A program made the translations under genes and the position numbers. A DNA stretch of 32,000 bases, from assembly GCF_003428155.1 (NCBI RefSeq), contig NZ_QLIR01000003.1:1-32000 (forward strand), written 5' to 3'. How positions within the stretch are numbered: the stretch's first letter is position 1; each line of letters opens with the position of its first letter. Source of the stretch: Fastidiosibacter lacustris. Lineage in GTDB: Bacteria; Pseudomonadota; Gammaproteobacteria; Francisellales; Francisellaceae. This document shows positions 10,730-19,685 of the stretch, one piece after another. The notes under the pieces were generated by a model that made no database searches, was not told the origin of the DNA, and saw only the letters and a program-made list of their open reading frames with translations.

Positions 10730-13081
10730 ATGAATTTATATTCTAATGAAAAAATGGATATCACAGAGCTTGTCCCTGTTATTCCACTGCGTGACATTGT
10801 GGTATGTCCATATATGGCTGTTCCACTTTTTGTTGGACGGGAAAAATCGATTGCCGCAATTAGTGAAGCACATGCTACGCGCCAAAAGGTATTGCTTGTC
10901 ACCCAAAAAATAGATGATGTAGATAGCGTACATGTTAAAGATTTATATATGCTTGGTACTTATGCCAAGGTTTTACAGCTTATGAAGTTACCAGATGGTA
11001 CTTATAAGGTATTAGTAGAAGGCATAAGACGTGCTAAAGTTGAAAAATACTACGAAGATACACCCTTTATTGCTGCACAAATTCAATTAATAGAGACCAT
11101 AAATGATTTAAGTGAAGCTGATGAAAGTGGTTTTGTCCGAGCGTTACTTTCTAGTTTCAAGTCCCTTGCTGATATGGGTGGACAGGTACCAAAAGAAATA
11201 CTTTCCTCTATTTTGTCGGATAATCAGTTACCAAGAGTGATTGATACGATTCTTGCACAAGTGCAAGCATCAGTGGCTAAAAAGCAAGAAGTATTGGAAG
11301 CTCCAAATTTGCAATTAAGAGCTTCTTTGTTGCTGAAGCTTTTAGTTGCTGAAACAGAAATATTGGAGCTTGAGCGTAGTATCAAAGATCGCGTGAAGTC
11401 TCAGATTGAGCGTAATCAGCGTGAATATTACCTTAATGAGCAGATTAAAGCCATTTATAAGGAAATGGGTGATGTGGATGAAGCGCAGGAATTTGATCAG
11501 CTTAAAGAGAGGATTGAAGCGGCAAAAATGTCAAAAGAGGCTACAGAAAAAGCATTGTCTGAGATTAAAAAGTTAAAAACAATGCCGCAAGCTTCTGCTG
11601 AATCTTCAGTATCACGTAATTATATAGAAACTCTTGTTAGTCTGCCTTGGTCGAAGCGCACTAAAATCAAGAAAGATCTTAATCATGCACAAGAAATTCT
11701 AAATAGGGATCACTATGGTTTAGAAAAAGTCAAAGAACGAATCTTAGAGTATTTAGCAGTCCAACAAAGGATGCGTAAGTTAAAAGGACCGATTCTGTGT
11801 TTAGTAGGTCCTCCTGGTGTGGGTAAAACTTCGCTTGGTCAGTCGATTGCTAAAGCAACGGGTAGACGATATGTGCGTATGGCATTAGGTGGTGTTAAAG
11901 ATGAAGCCGAAATTCGTGGACATAGACGCACCTATATTGGTGCATTACCTGGTCAGATTATGCAGAAAATCAATAAGGCTCAAGTTAATAATCCATTATT
12001 TCTATTAGATGAAATAGATAAAATGTCGTCAGATTTTCGAGGTGATCCTGCTTCTGCCATGTTAGAAGTGTTAGATCCAGAACAAAACAACACTTTTAAT
12101 GATCATTATTTAGAAATTGATTATGATTTATCTGATGTAATGTTTGTAGCGACGGCTAATAGTCTTAACATTCCAGATGCGCTGCGTGATCGGATGGAAA
12201 TCATCTATCTGTCAGGTTATACCGAAGATGAGAAGCTAAACATTGCTACACGCTATCTTCTACCAAAAGCAATAAAAGATAATGGTTTAAAGCAGAATGA
12301 ACTTAGTGTATCGGCACAGGTTATTGAGGATATTATTCGCTATTATACGCGTGAGGCAGGTGTGCGGCGTTTGCAGCAAGAAATCAGTAAGCTGTGTCGC
12401 AAAGCGGTCAAACATATTTTGTCAACAAAAGATGGTAAAAAGGTATCGATTACCAGTAAGAATCTACATGAGTACCTTGGAGTACGCCGCTATGATTTTG
12501 GTTTGGCACAGAAAGAGAATAAAGTTGGACAAGTAACAGGTTTGGCTTGGACAGAGGTTGGTGGAGATTTATTGACAATTGAAGCTGTATCGACCGTGGG
12601 TAAAGGTAAGTTGAAAATAACAGGTAAGCTTGGTGACGTGATGCAAGAGTCAGTTCATGCTGCTTTTACTGTAGTTAGGACCAAAGCTCAAGAGTATGAT
12701 GTAGAAGAAGCTTTCTATGAGAAGCGTGATTTTCATATTCATGTACCAGAAGGTGCTACACCTAAAGATGGACCCAGTGCAGGTATTGCAATGTGCACAG
12801 CAATGTTATCTGCATTAACAGGTATTCCAGTAAGAAAAGATATTGCAATGACAGGTGAGATCACTTTACGTGGAGATGTGCTTGCAATTGGTGGTTTAAA
12901 GGAGAAACTACTAGCCGCACTTCGTGGTGGAATTAAGACTGTTTTAATTCCATTTGATAACAAAAAAGACTTACAAGAGATTCCACAGAACGTCAAAGAA
13001 GGTTTGGAGATTATCGCAGTAAAAACCATAGATGAAGTGTTAAAACGTGCACTTTTGCTAAAAAAAGGTCAAAAAACTTAA
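10730..13081 (+). CDS. lon: ATP-dependent Lon protease
   Basis: [17 protein letters not shown]; LLDEIDKM; catalytic [11 protein letters not shown] and Lys in [14 protein letters not shown]. Confidence 0.98.
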   Translation: MNLYSNEKMDITELVPVIPLRDIVVCPYMAVPLFVGREKSIAAISEAHATRQKVLLVTQKIDDVDSVHVKDLYMLGTYAKVLQLMKLPDGTYKVLVEGIRRAKVEKYYEDTPFIAAQIQLIETINDLSEADESGFVRALLSSFKSLADMGGQVPKEILSSILSDNQLPRVIDTILAQVQASVAKKQEVLEAPNLQLRASLLLKLLVAETEILELERSIKDRVKSQIERNQREYYLNEQIKAIYKEMGDVDEAQEFDQLKERIEAAKMSKEATEKALSEIKKLKTMPQASAESSVSRNYIETLVSLPWSKRTKIKKDLNHAQEILNRDHYGLEKVKERILEYLAVQQRMRKLKGPILCLVGPPGVGKTSLGQSIAKATGRRYVRMALGGVKDEAEIRGHRRTYIGALPGQIMQKINKAQVNNPLFLLDEIDKMSSDFRGDPASAMLEVLDPEQNNTFNDHYLEIDYDLSDVMFVATANSLNIPDALRDRMEIIYLSGYTEDEKLNIATRYLLPKAIKDNGLKQNELSVSAQVIEDIIRYYTREAGVRRLQQEISKLCRKAVKHILSTKDGKKVSITSKNLHEYLGVRRYDFGLAQKENKVGQVTGLAWTEVGGDLLTIEAVSTVGKGKLKITGKLGDVMQESVHAAFTVVRTKAQEYDVEEAFYEKRDFHIHVPEGATPKDGPSAGIAMCTAMLSALTGIPVRKDIAMTGEITLRGDVLAIGGLKEKLLAALRGGIKTVLIPFDNKKDLQEIPQNVKEGLEIIAVKTIDEVLKRALLLKKGQKT

Positions 13082-13109
13082 AAAAAGGTGTAAATAGCAA
13101 TAAACCGTG

Positions 13110-13138
13110 TTGACGTGTGAAGTGACGCTTGCTATAAC
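13110..13138 (+). promoter_or_regulatory. Sigma70-like promoter for hupB
   Basis: TTGACG (13110-13115), 17-nt spacer, TATAAC (13133-13138), 70 nt upstream of the hupB start. Confidence 0.7.
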
Positions 13139-13151
13139 TTAGTCGAGTTGG

Positions 13152-13165
13152 CTAGGCAAGCCTAG
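13152..13165 (+). promoter_or_regulatory. Short hairpin/palindrome in the predicted hupB 5' UTR
   Basis: CTAGG-CAAG-CCTAG (palindromic as CTAGGC-AA-GCCTAG), 14-27 nt after the predicted -10 hexamer. Confidence 0.35.
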
Positions 13166-13207
13166 TTACCAGCATAATGTTATTCAACAACGAAAGAGGA
13201 AAATATC

Positions 13208-13480
13208 GTGAATAAGAGTGAACTAGTAAAAGCAATCGCAGAAAAAGCTGATGTAACCAAGGATGTTGCGCAGCGCACATTGGATGCAACGACTGAGGCG
13301 TTGACTGAGGCGTTGACATCAGGTCAAACAGTAACTTTGGTTGGTTTTGGTTCTTTTCAAGTACGTGAAAGAGCTGCGCGTGAAGGTCGTAATCCTAAAA
13401 CAGGTGAAAAAATGAAAATTAAAGCTTCTAAATCACCTACGTTTAAAGCGGGTAAATTATTAAAAGATGCAGTAAATTAA
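13208..13480 (+). CDS. hupB: DNA-binding protein HU-beta-like
   Basis: 90 aa: [27 protein letters not shown]...[31 protein letters not shown]...[12 protein letters not shown]. Start codon GTG with AAAGAGG SD. Confidence 0.96.
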   Translation: MNKSELVKAIAEKADVTKDVAQRTLDATTEALTEALTSGQTVTLVGFGSFQVRERAAREGRNPKTGEKMKIKASKSPTFKAGKLLKDAVN

Positions 13481-13558
13481 TTACAGTTTTATATTAGGAT
13501 ATATGGCTAGTAAAGGTAGCTTTAAAAACTGTTTACAAAGCTTTCCTCTCAGTATCAT

Positions 13559-13588
13559 AAAGGCATGCTAAAGCGCATGCCTTTTTCG
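13559..13588 (+). terminator. Rho-independent terminator downstream of hupB
   Basis: AAAGGCATGC-TAAAGC-GCATGCCTTT, perfect 10-bp stem followed by TT. Confidence 0.85.
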
Positions 13589-13653
13589 TTTTAACATGTT
13601 AAGATGTCGCCAATTGTTATTTAAGCTAAATGAAAATAGGGTAGTTTTTTCAT

Positions 13654-15387
13654 ATGTTGCAATTGATTAACGATAAGTTTAAAGGTTGGGTGACATGGAT
13701 TATTATTGTTGTCGTTAGTGCAGTTTTTATATTAACGGGGATTAGTTATTTTTTTGTCTCAAGTGGAGTATCTCCTCAAGCTGTTGCTAAAGTAGGTGAT
13801 ATTCAGGTTTCACAAAATACTTACCAGCAAATGCTTACACAGAACATGCAATCTGAACCTTCAGCTAATTCGAAAGCATTGCAGCAAAAAACGCTACAAC
13901 AGCTAGTGGATCAAGCGCTTTTACAACAAGATGCAACTGCTTCACATATTATGGTAACCGAGTCTGCTATTTCAGCTGCTATTTTTCAAAACCCAGCATT
14001 TATTGAGAATGGTCAATACTCAGCTAAACGGTTTGATGAGATCGCTAAGCTTTATGGTGGAGCTGTGCCTATCAAATCAATGATTGCTAATAGCCTTTTG
14101 ACGTCAAGTATAGTAAGTCCAATTATGCAAACCCAGTTTGTGCTGAAAGATGAAATTCAAGCAGTGAGTGCGTTAATGGGACAAAAGCGAGAAATAAAAT
14201 ATTATAGTTTTGCAGCTAAAGATTTTAGTAAAGACGTCCAAATAAGTGATGAAGCATTACAGGCTTATTACCATGAGAATAGTACAGCTTACCAAAAGTC
14301 AAAAGAAGCCATCGTTTCATATGTGGAGCTTACATCAAAGGACTTTATAAGTAATGAACCGATTACTACAGAGGAAATTGCATCTTATTATGAAGCAAAC
14401 AAAGATGCACTCTTTACTCAGGAATTAAGATCAGGTGAAATCATAACCATTAAAAAAGATGCAAAAAATAAAGAAATCGTTGCTCAAGCATTGAAAACAA
14501 ATATGCTTTTAACGGCAGATCAGCAGAAAGACGTGACAATTGAAGCTATTAAGCCATTGTCTCAAGATCAAGCTTCCACTTATGCGCAATTTGCATTATT
14601 TAATTTAACGATGAGTTCATCTGTGAAAGAAACTTCAGATAATGAGTTTGTCAAGCTTACAAATATTGATATACCTAAAGAAATGACTTTAGAACAAGCT
14701 ACACCTATTATCAAAAGGATTTTAACCAATCGAGCAGCACTTCAAAAATTCAATGAGGTTTTAACGAGTATCAATAACAACAGCTTTGAACAAGTGGTTA
14801 AAACAAATAACTTAAAGGTTAGTACAACGAAGCCATTTAATCTGCAAACAACAGGTAATCAAGTGGAAGGGAATGCTAAATTACAAGAAGCTGTTCTAGG
14901 GTATAACAAAACCCAAGGTTTTATTAGTCAAGGTCAAACCGAAGGAATACTATATAAAGTTGATAAAATCACGCCTCAACGTACTTTGAGCTTTGCTGAA
15001 GTCAAAGACAAAGTCAAAAAAGCCTATATTGATCAGCAAGCATTAAAGCTGGCACAGCAAAAGGCGGAAGCTTTTTCACAAATACTTAATAAAGAGAAAA
15101 TAGATAGTAGTAAAGAAAAAGCAAAAATAGAGAAAATTTCACGTAACGATTTTGGTTTAGATCAGGCATTGAAAACAGCAATCTTCAGTGATGAGTTAAA
15201 TCAATATAAAACTATCCAAAATGGTGATGCCTATTGGGTATATGAAGTCACCAAAGTCATTCCAGGTGATAATGAGTTATCAATTCAAATGGTACAAAAT
15301 AATTATGTAACCATTGAGTTAAATGACTACCTTACTGCACTTAAAAATCAATATCCAGTTGAGATTAATCATCAGCTGATTGAATAA
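13654..15387 (+). CDS. PpiD/SurA-N-like periplasmic folding chaperone, N-terminally anchored
   Basis: N-terminal TM anchor WVTWIIIVVVSAVFILTGISYFF; VAKVGDIQVSQNTYQQMLTQNM...LQQKTLQQLVDQALLQQDA; located after hupB. No obvious parvulin signature. Confidence 0.8.
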   Translation: MLQLINDKFKGWVTWIIIVVVSAVFILTGISYFFVSSGVSPQAVAKVGDIQVSQNTYQQMLTQNMQSEPSANSKALQQKTLQQLVDQALLQQDATASHIMVTESAISAAIFQNPAFIENGQYSAKRFDEIAKLYGGAVPIKSMIANSLLTSSIVSPIMQTQFVLKDEIQAVSALMGQKREIKYYSFAAKDFSKDVQISDEALQAYYHENSTAYQKSKEAIVSYVELTSKDFISNEPITTEEIASYYEANKDALFTQELRSGEIITIKKDAKNKEIVAQALKTNMLLTADQQKDVTIEAIKPLSQDQASTYAQFALFNLTMSSSVKETSDNEFVKLTNIDIPKEMTLEQATPIIKRILTNRAALQKFNEVLTSINNNSFEQVVKTNNLKVSTTKPFNLQTTGNQVEGNAKLQEAVLGYNKTQGFISQGQTEGILYKVDKITPQRTLSFAEVKDKVKKAYIDQQALKLAQQKAEAFSQILNKEKIDSSKEKAKIEKISRNDFGLDQALKTAIFSDELNQYKTIQNGDAYWVYEVTKVIPGDNELSIQMVQNNYVTIELNDYLTALKNQYPVEINHQLIE

Positions 15388-15389
15388 AT

Positions 15390-16343
15390 ATGTCTTTATT
15401 ACAAAAACAAGTCTTTGCTTTGGCTGGTCCCACTGCTTCTGGAAAAACAAATCTTGCGATCAAACTTGCAAAAGAAATTGATGCAGAGATCATTAGCGTT
15501 GATTCAACGCTTGTTTATAAGGGATTAGATATAGGTTCCGCAAAGCCGACAATTAAAGAGATGCAAGGTATTTACCATCATTTGATTGATATTATTGATC
15601 CTTGGTTAAGTTATTCAGTCAATGATTTTTTAATCGATGTACAATCTTTGATTATTGATATTCAGGCACGAAATAAAAATGTATTGTTGGTGGGTGGGAC
15701 AATGATGTATTTTAAAGCTTTAGAAGAAGGAATTTCTATTTTGCCAGAAGCAAATGAGGCAACTCGTGCACAGCTAAAAGAAAAAACCTTAACCTACTGG
15801 TATGATTTTTTACAACATGCAGATCCTGTAACAGCGGTACGTTTAAATCCAGCTGATCGCCAGCGTATAGAACGAGCAGTAGAAATTATTTTGCTAACAA
15901 ATAAGCCTTATTCTATAGTCATACAGCAAAACAAAAAACAAGGTGGCTTAGGACAGAGACTCACCATATGCGCTTTAGTTCCACAAGATAGAAAAAAGCT
16001 ACATGATGATATTGATAAACGTTTCCACAAAATGCTTGATGCGGGTTTTTTGCACGAAGTAAAACAGTTAAAAGAAAACCCAAAAATAAACGAGAATTTG
16101 CCTGCTATGCGCAGTGTGGGTTATAGGCAAGCATGGCAATATTTAGAAGGGCAGTATGATTATCAAGCTTTTATTGATAAAGGCATTGCAGCAACAAGAC
16201 AACTTGCTAAACGTCAGCTTACATGGATTCGCAATTGGCCTTATCAGCTTAAAGCAATCGATACAAGTTTAATGGATAAAGAAAAACTTGAGCAGATAAT
16301 AAGTTACCTATACTCCAAATGTCCGACAAAAACGTATCCATGA
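15390..16343 (+). CDS. miaA: tRNA dimethylallyltransferase
   Basis: ALAGPTASGKTNLAIKLA; ISVDSTLVYKGLDIGSAKPT; HHLIDIIDP; VGGTMMYFKAL; MRSVGYRQAWQYLEG; TRQLAKRQLTWIR. Confidence 0.97.
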   Translation: MSLLQKQVFALAGPTASGKTNLAIKLAKEIDAEIISVDSTLVYKGLDIGSAKPTIKEMQGIYHHLIDIIDPWLSYSVNDFLIDVQSLIIDIQARNKNVLLVGGTMMYFKALEEGISILPEANEATRAQLKEKTLTYWYDFLQHADPVTAVRLNPADRQRIERAVEIILLTNKPYSIVIQQNKKQGGLGQRLTICALVPQDRKKLHDDIDKRFHKMLDAGFLHEVKQLKENPKINENLPAMRSVGYRQAWQYLEGQYDYQAFIDKGIAATRQLAKRQLTWIRNWPYQLKAIDTSLMDKEKLEQIISYLYSKCPTKTYP

Positions 16344-16395
16344 CTTTGAATGGGTTCGAGTACATTGGCTTGTTTATTATTGATTCTGGTGCATA

Positions 16396-16441
16396 GGCAG
16401 TTATATAAGTTTTATAACTGAAAAGGCTATTAAGCTATAAC
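16396..16441. promoter_or_regulatory. Inverted repeat plus a third copy of one arm in the intergenic region upstream of nrdJa
   Basis: CAGTTATA (16396-16403), TATAACTG (16411-16418), TATAACTG again (16434-16441). Confidence 0.35.
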
Positions 16442-16522
16442 TGCAAAATGATTTGCGATTTGGTGTGTATAGAAATTTTAAGTATAACCTAAAGTTTTTT
16501 AAGTAACTGTAATGTCAAATAA

Positions 16523-16549
16523 AAAAGGCTTGTGTTTAAGTCAAGTCTT
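16523..16549 (-). terminator. Possible hairpin/terminator; poly-T side lies on the minus strand
   Basis: Approximate AAAGGCTTG ... CAAGTCTTT arms with one G-U pair. AAAAAA precedes on the plus strand, giving a U-tract when read on the minus strand. Confidence 0.3.
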
Positions 16550-16646
16550 TGTACAAAAATATAGGAGAAAAAAGCACCACATTTAATTTAAAAAATGGGT
16601 AAAATAACCAAATATTTTATTGTTTTTAATAATAAAGGAGATGGTT

Positions 16647-18782
16647 GTGTCTTTGACAGAAGCAGTACCAGAAATTGAATTACAAGTAGCGTCACTAGAT
16701 ATTTGGGATAGTAAATATCGCCTTAAAACACGTTTAGGTCAACCAGTTGACAAAGACATTGATGATACTTATCAGCGTGTAGCTAAGGCATTATCAGAAG
16801 TTGAGAAAACATCAACGCTTCAACAAAAGCATTATGAGGAATTTCTTTGGGCACTAAGAAATGGAGCAATTCCAGCAGGTAGAATCATCTCAAATGCAGG
16901 TGCACTTGAACATAAACCTGCAACTTCAACGATCAATTGTACAGTATCAGGCACTATTCATGATTCTATGGATGATATTTTACAGAAAGTACATGAGTCT
17001 GGCTTAACCTTGAAAGCAGGCTGTGGCATTGGTTATGAGTTTTCAACACTACGTCCTAAAGGTGGGTTTGTTGCAGGAGCAGGTGCTCATACGTCAGGTC
17101 CGTTATCTTTTATGGATATCTATGACAAAATGTGTTTTACCATAGCCTCAGCAGGTGGTAGGCGTGGTGCACAAATGGGAACATTTGATGTGGGACATCC
17201 AGATATATTTGACTTTATACGTGCTAAGCGTGAAAACGGACGTTTGCGTCAATTTAATTTATCTTTGCTGATTACCAGAGATTTCATGTATGCGGTTGAA
17301 AACGATCAGGTGTGGCATTTGGCATTTCCAATGACTGAGGCTGAGCGAAAAGCACATCAAATTGACTTAAATGATTCAACAAAAGTGTTGTGGCGTGAGT
17401 GGTCGATTAGGGATGACTATATTACCGATGATTCAGGGCTTGTGGCATGTAAAATTTATAATACTGTCAAGGCTCGTAGATTATGGGATATGATTATGTC
17501 TTCCACCTATGACTATGCTGAACCTGGATTTATTTTGATTGATAAGGTCAACGAAGAAAATAATAACTGGTTCTGTGAAACGATTCGTGCTACTAATCCA
17601 TGTGGCGAACAACCACTGCCACCTTATGGTTCATGCCTTTTAGGTTCAATTAATTTGACTAAATTTGTCGAGCATCCATTTACCAATCAAGCAAGTTTTA
17701 GTTGGGAAAGGTATCGTAAAGTGGTGCGTATCTTCACACGTATGCTTGATAACGTGGTTGAGATTAATGGCTTACCATTGCAAGAACAGCGTAATGAAAT
17801 TGAATCAAAACGTCGTCATGGCATGGGATTTTTAGGTCTAGGCTCAACGTTGAGTATGCTTAAGATGAAATATGGCGAAAAAGCTTCAATTGACTTTACA
17901 GAAGAAGTTGCAAGGCAGATGGCGCTAGAAGGTTGGCGTGAAGGTGTAGCATTGGCTAAAGAAAAAGGGAGTGCCCCTGTTTTAGAGAAAGATTATATCA
18001 TAACGGAAGAATTTTTACGTTTACGTCCCGAAATAACTGCTGATGGAATCAAAGTGGGTGATTTGGTAAAAGGACGAGTTTTACATGCAAGATACAGTCG
18101 TTATATGCAGCGCATTGCTAAAGAAGATATTTCAATCATTGATGCAATTTGTGAGCATGGTTGTCGATTTACTCACCACACCTCAATTGCTCCAACAGGT
18201 ACAATCTCGTTATCACTTGCCAATAATGTCAGCAATGGCATTGAACCAAGTTTTGCGCACCACTATTCGCGTAATGTGATAAGAGCAGGTAAAAAATCAA
18301 AAGAAAAAGTGGATGTATTTTCATATGAGCTATTAGCTTATCGTCATTTTGTCAATCAGAATGCAATACCGCATGCTAAAGATGAGGTCAATAAGTTACC
18401 AGATTACTTTATTGCAGCGGATAATGTGACGCCTAAACAACATGTTGATATTCAAGCGGCAGCTCAAAAATGGGTAGATTCGAGTATTTCTAAAACAGCA
18501 AATGTGCCAACAGACTTTCCATTTGCTGATTTTAAAGATATCTACCTTTATGCCTATCATCAGGGGCTTAAAGGCTGTACGACGTTCAGATTTAACCCTG
18601 AAGTTTTCCAAGGCGTGCTGGTTAAAGATGAGGATTTGGAAAAAACTATGTATCGCTTTACCCTCGAGGATGGCTCTGTGCTTGAGTTAAAAGGTAATGA
18701 AATGATTGAATACGATGGCGAACAGCACAGCGCTGCAAATCTCTATGATGCTTTGAAGGAGGGATATTATGGGAAATTCTAG
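16647..18782 (+). CDS. nrdJ: Adenosylcobalamin-dependent (class II) ribonucleotide reductase, large part (NrdJa-like); GTG 16647 start preferred over 16620
   Basis: STINCTVSGTIHDSMDDILQKVHESGLTLKAGCGIGYEFSTLRPKG; GGRRGAQMGTFDVGHPDI; NPCGEQPLPPYGSCLLGSINLTKFV; APTGTISL; GCTTFRFNP. SD AAGGAG at 16635-16640. Confidence 0.93.
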   Translation: MSLTEAVPEIELQVASLDIWDSKYRLKTRLGQPVDKDIDDTYQRVAKALSEVEKTSTLQQKHYEEFLWALRNGAIPAGRIISNAGALEHKPATSTINCTVSGTIHDSMDDILQKVHESGLTLKAGCGIGYEFSTLRPKGGFVAGAGAHTSGPLSFMDIYDKMCFTIASAGGRRGAQMGTFDVGHPDIFDFIRAKRENGRLRQFNLSLLITRDFMYAVENDQVWHLAFPMTEAERKAHQIDLNDSTKVLWREWSIRDDYITDDSGLVACKIYNTVKARRLWDMIMSSTYDYAEPGFILIDKVNEENNNWFCETIRATNPCGEQPLPPYGSCLLGSINLTKFVEHPFTNQASFSWERYRKVVRIFTRMLDNVVEINGLPLQEQRNEIESKRRHGMGFLGLGSTLSMLKMKYGEKASIDFTEEVARQMALEGWREGVALAKEKGSAPVLEKDYIITEEFLRLRPEITADGIKVGDLVKGRVLHARYSRYMQRIAKEDISIIDAICEHGCRFTHHTSIAPTGTISLSLANNVSNGIEPSFAHHYSRNVIRAGKKSKEKVDVFSYELLAYRHFVNQNAIPHAKDEVNKLPDYFIAADNVTPKQHVDIQAAAQKWVDSSISKTANVPTDFPFADFKDIYLYAYHQGLKGCTTFRFNPEVFQGVLVKDEDLEKTMYRFTLEDGSVLELKGNEMIEYDGEQHSAANLYDALKEGYYGKF

Positions 18783-18793
18783 GGAGCACAAAA

Positions 18794-19036
18794 GTGGGTA
18801 TTAATCTATTACCTGAATATGTTCGCAGGTACTACGAAATCTATGAATATAAACATGCTTGTACGATTCTCAAAGAGGACTTCCCAAATGAGTGGGCAGA
18901 TATAGTTTCGTTGCTAGAAGCCTTTAGGTTAAAGAAGAGCTGGATTATTCAATCTGGAGGGCGTAAGTCAAAGGTTGCTGAGTATATTGACAACTATTTG
19001 TACGCCATGGGGTGGGTTGAAAAGCAATTTGTTTGA
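18794..19036 (+). pseudogene. 80-aa ORF resembling only the N-terminal region of BglII/BstYI-like type II restriction endonucleases; candidate truncated R gene
   Basis: GTG start with AGGGAG SD. MGINLLPEYVRRYYEIYEYKHACTILKEDFPNEWADIVSLLEAFRLKKSWIIQSGGRKSKVAEYIDNYLYAMGWVEKQFV* recalled as the N-terminal pattern of that family; no catalytic PD-(D/E)xK region present. Next gene is an adenine methyltransferase 13 nt downstream. Confidence 0.5.
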
Positions 19037-19049
19037 AGAGGATATTTAG

Positions 19050-19670
19050 GTGGGTGTTAAAGAAGATTTTATGAACGAACTCAAGGGGCGAAAGTTTAAA
19101 ACCATTTTAGCCGACCCTCCCTGGCAGTTTCACAATCGAACAGGTAAGGTGGCGCCAGAGCATAAAAGATTAACTCGCTATCCGACTTTGGTTTTGGATG
19201 AAATTAAGAAACTTCCTGTCGTAGAGATCGCGGATGAGACTGCACATTTGTATCTATGGGTACCCAATGCGTTGCTGGCTGAGGGACTTGAAGTCATGCA
19301 AGCCTGGGGATTTACTTATAAAACTAATTTGGTGTGGTATAAGGTGCGCAAAGATGGTGGTCCTGATCGTAGGGGCGTCGGTTTTTATTTTAGAAATGTC
19401 ACGGAAGTAATATTGTTTGGTACGCGTGGAAAAAATACACGGACTTTGCCTCCTGGGAGAAGTCAGGAAAATATTGTGTTATCAAGAAAACGCGAGCATA
19501 GCAGGAAACCTGATGAACAATATGATTTGATTGAGTCCTGCAGTGCAGGTCCTTATTTAGAGTTATTTGCCAGAGGGAGCCGAGAGAATTGGCATGCCTG
19601 GGGAAATCAAGTAGAAAATTACAGCCCTGATTGGGAGACCTATGCCAATCATTCACAGGTGTCAAAATAA
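19050..19670 (+). CDS. MT-A70 family N6-adenine DNA methyltransferase
   Basis: KFKTILADPPWQF (DPPW catalytic motif), HLYLWVPNALLAEGLEVMQAWGFTYKTNLVWYK, FRNVTEVILFGTRG, REHSRKPDEQYDLIE..S.GPYLELFAR. GTG start preceded by AGAGGA SD. Confidence 0.9.
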   Translation: MGVKEDFMNELKGRKFKTILADPPWQFHNRTGKVAPEHKRLTRYPTLVLDEIKKLPVVEIADETAHLYLWVPNALLAEGLEVMQAWGFTYKTNLVWYKVRKDGGPDRRGVGFYFRNVTEVILFGTRGKNTRTLPPGRSQENIVLSRKREHSRKPDEQYDLIESCSAGPYLELFARGSRENWHAWGNQVENYSPDWETYANHSQVSK

Positions 19671-19685
19671 CTTTTGGAGCATAAA

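Noticed and set aside
12739-13029. Minus-strand 96-aa ORF inside lon
   Set aside because: Shadow ORF antisense to the conserved Lon protease domain.
13297-13320. 12-bp tandem duplication inside hupB (CTGAGGCGTTGA repeated)
   Set aside because: It encodes EALTEALT but the protein is 90 aa and aligns with the recalled HU-beta length without an insertion, so it is most simply chance codon repetition within a helix.
16344-16646. Cobalamin riboswitch upstream of the B12-dependent reductase
   Set aside because: I could not find the expected B12-box-like core (GCC-ACTG type) or the overall conserved architecture by eye; only simple inverted repeats are visible. An Infernal run would be decisive.
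19399-19665. Minus-strand 88-aa ORF opposite the MT-A70 methyltransferase, considered as an antitoxin/regulator
   Set aside because: No RBS or recognisable family; fully contained in the conserved methyltransferase motifs, most likely a shadow ORF.
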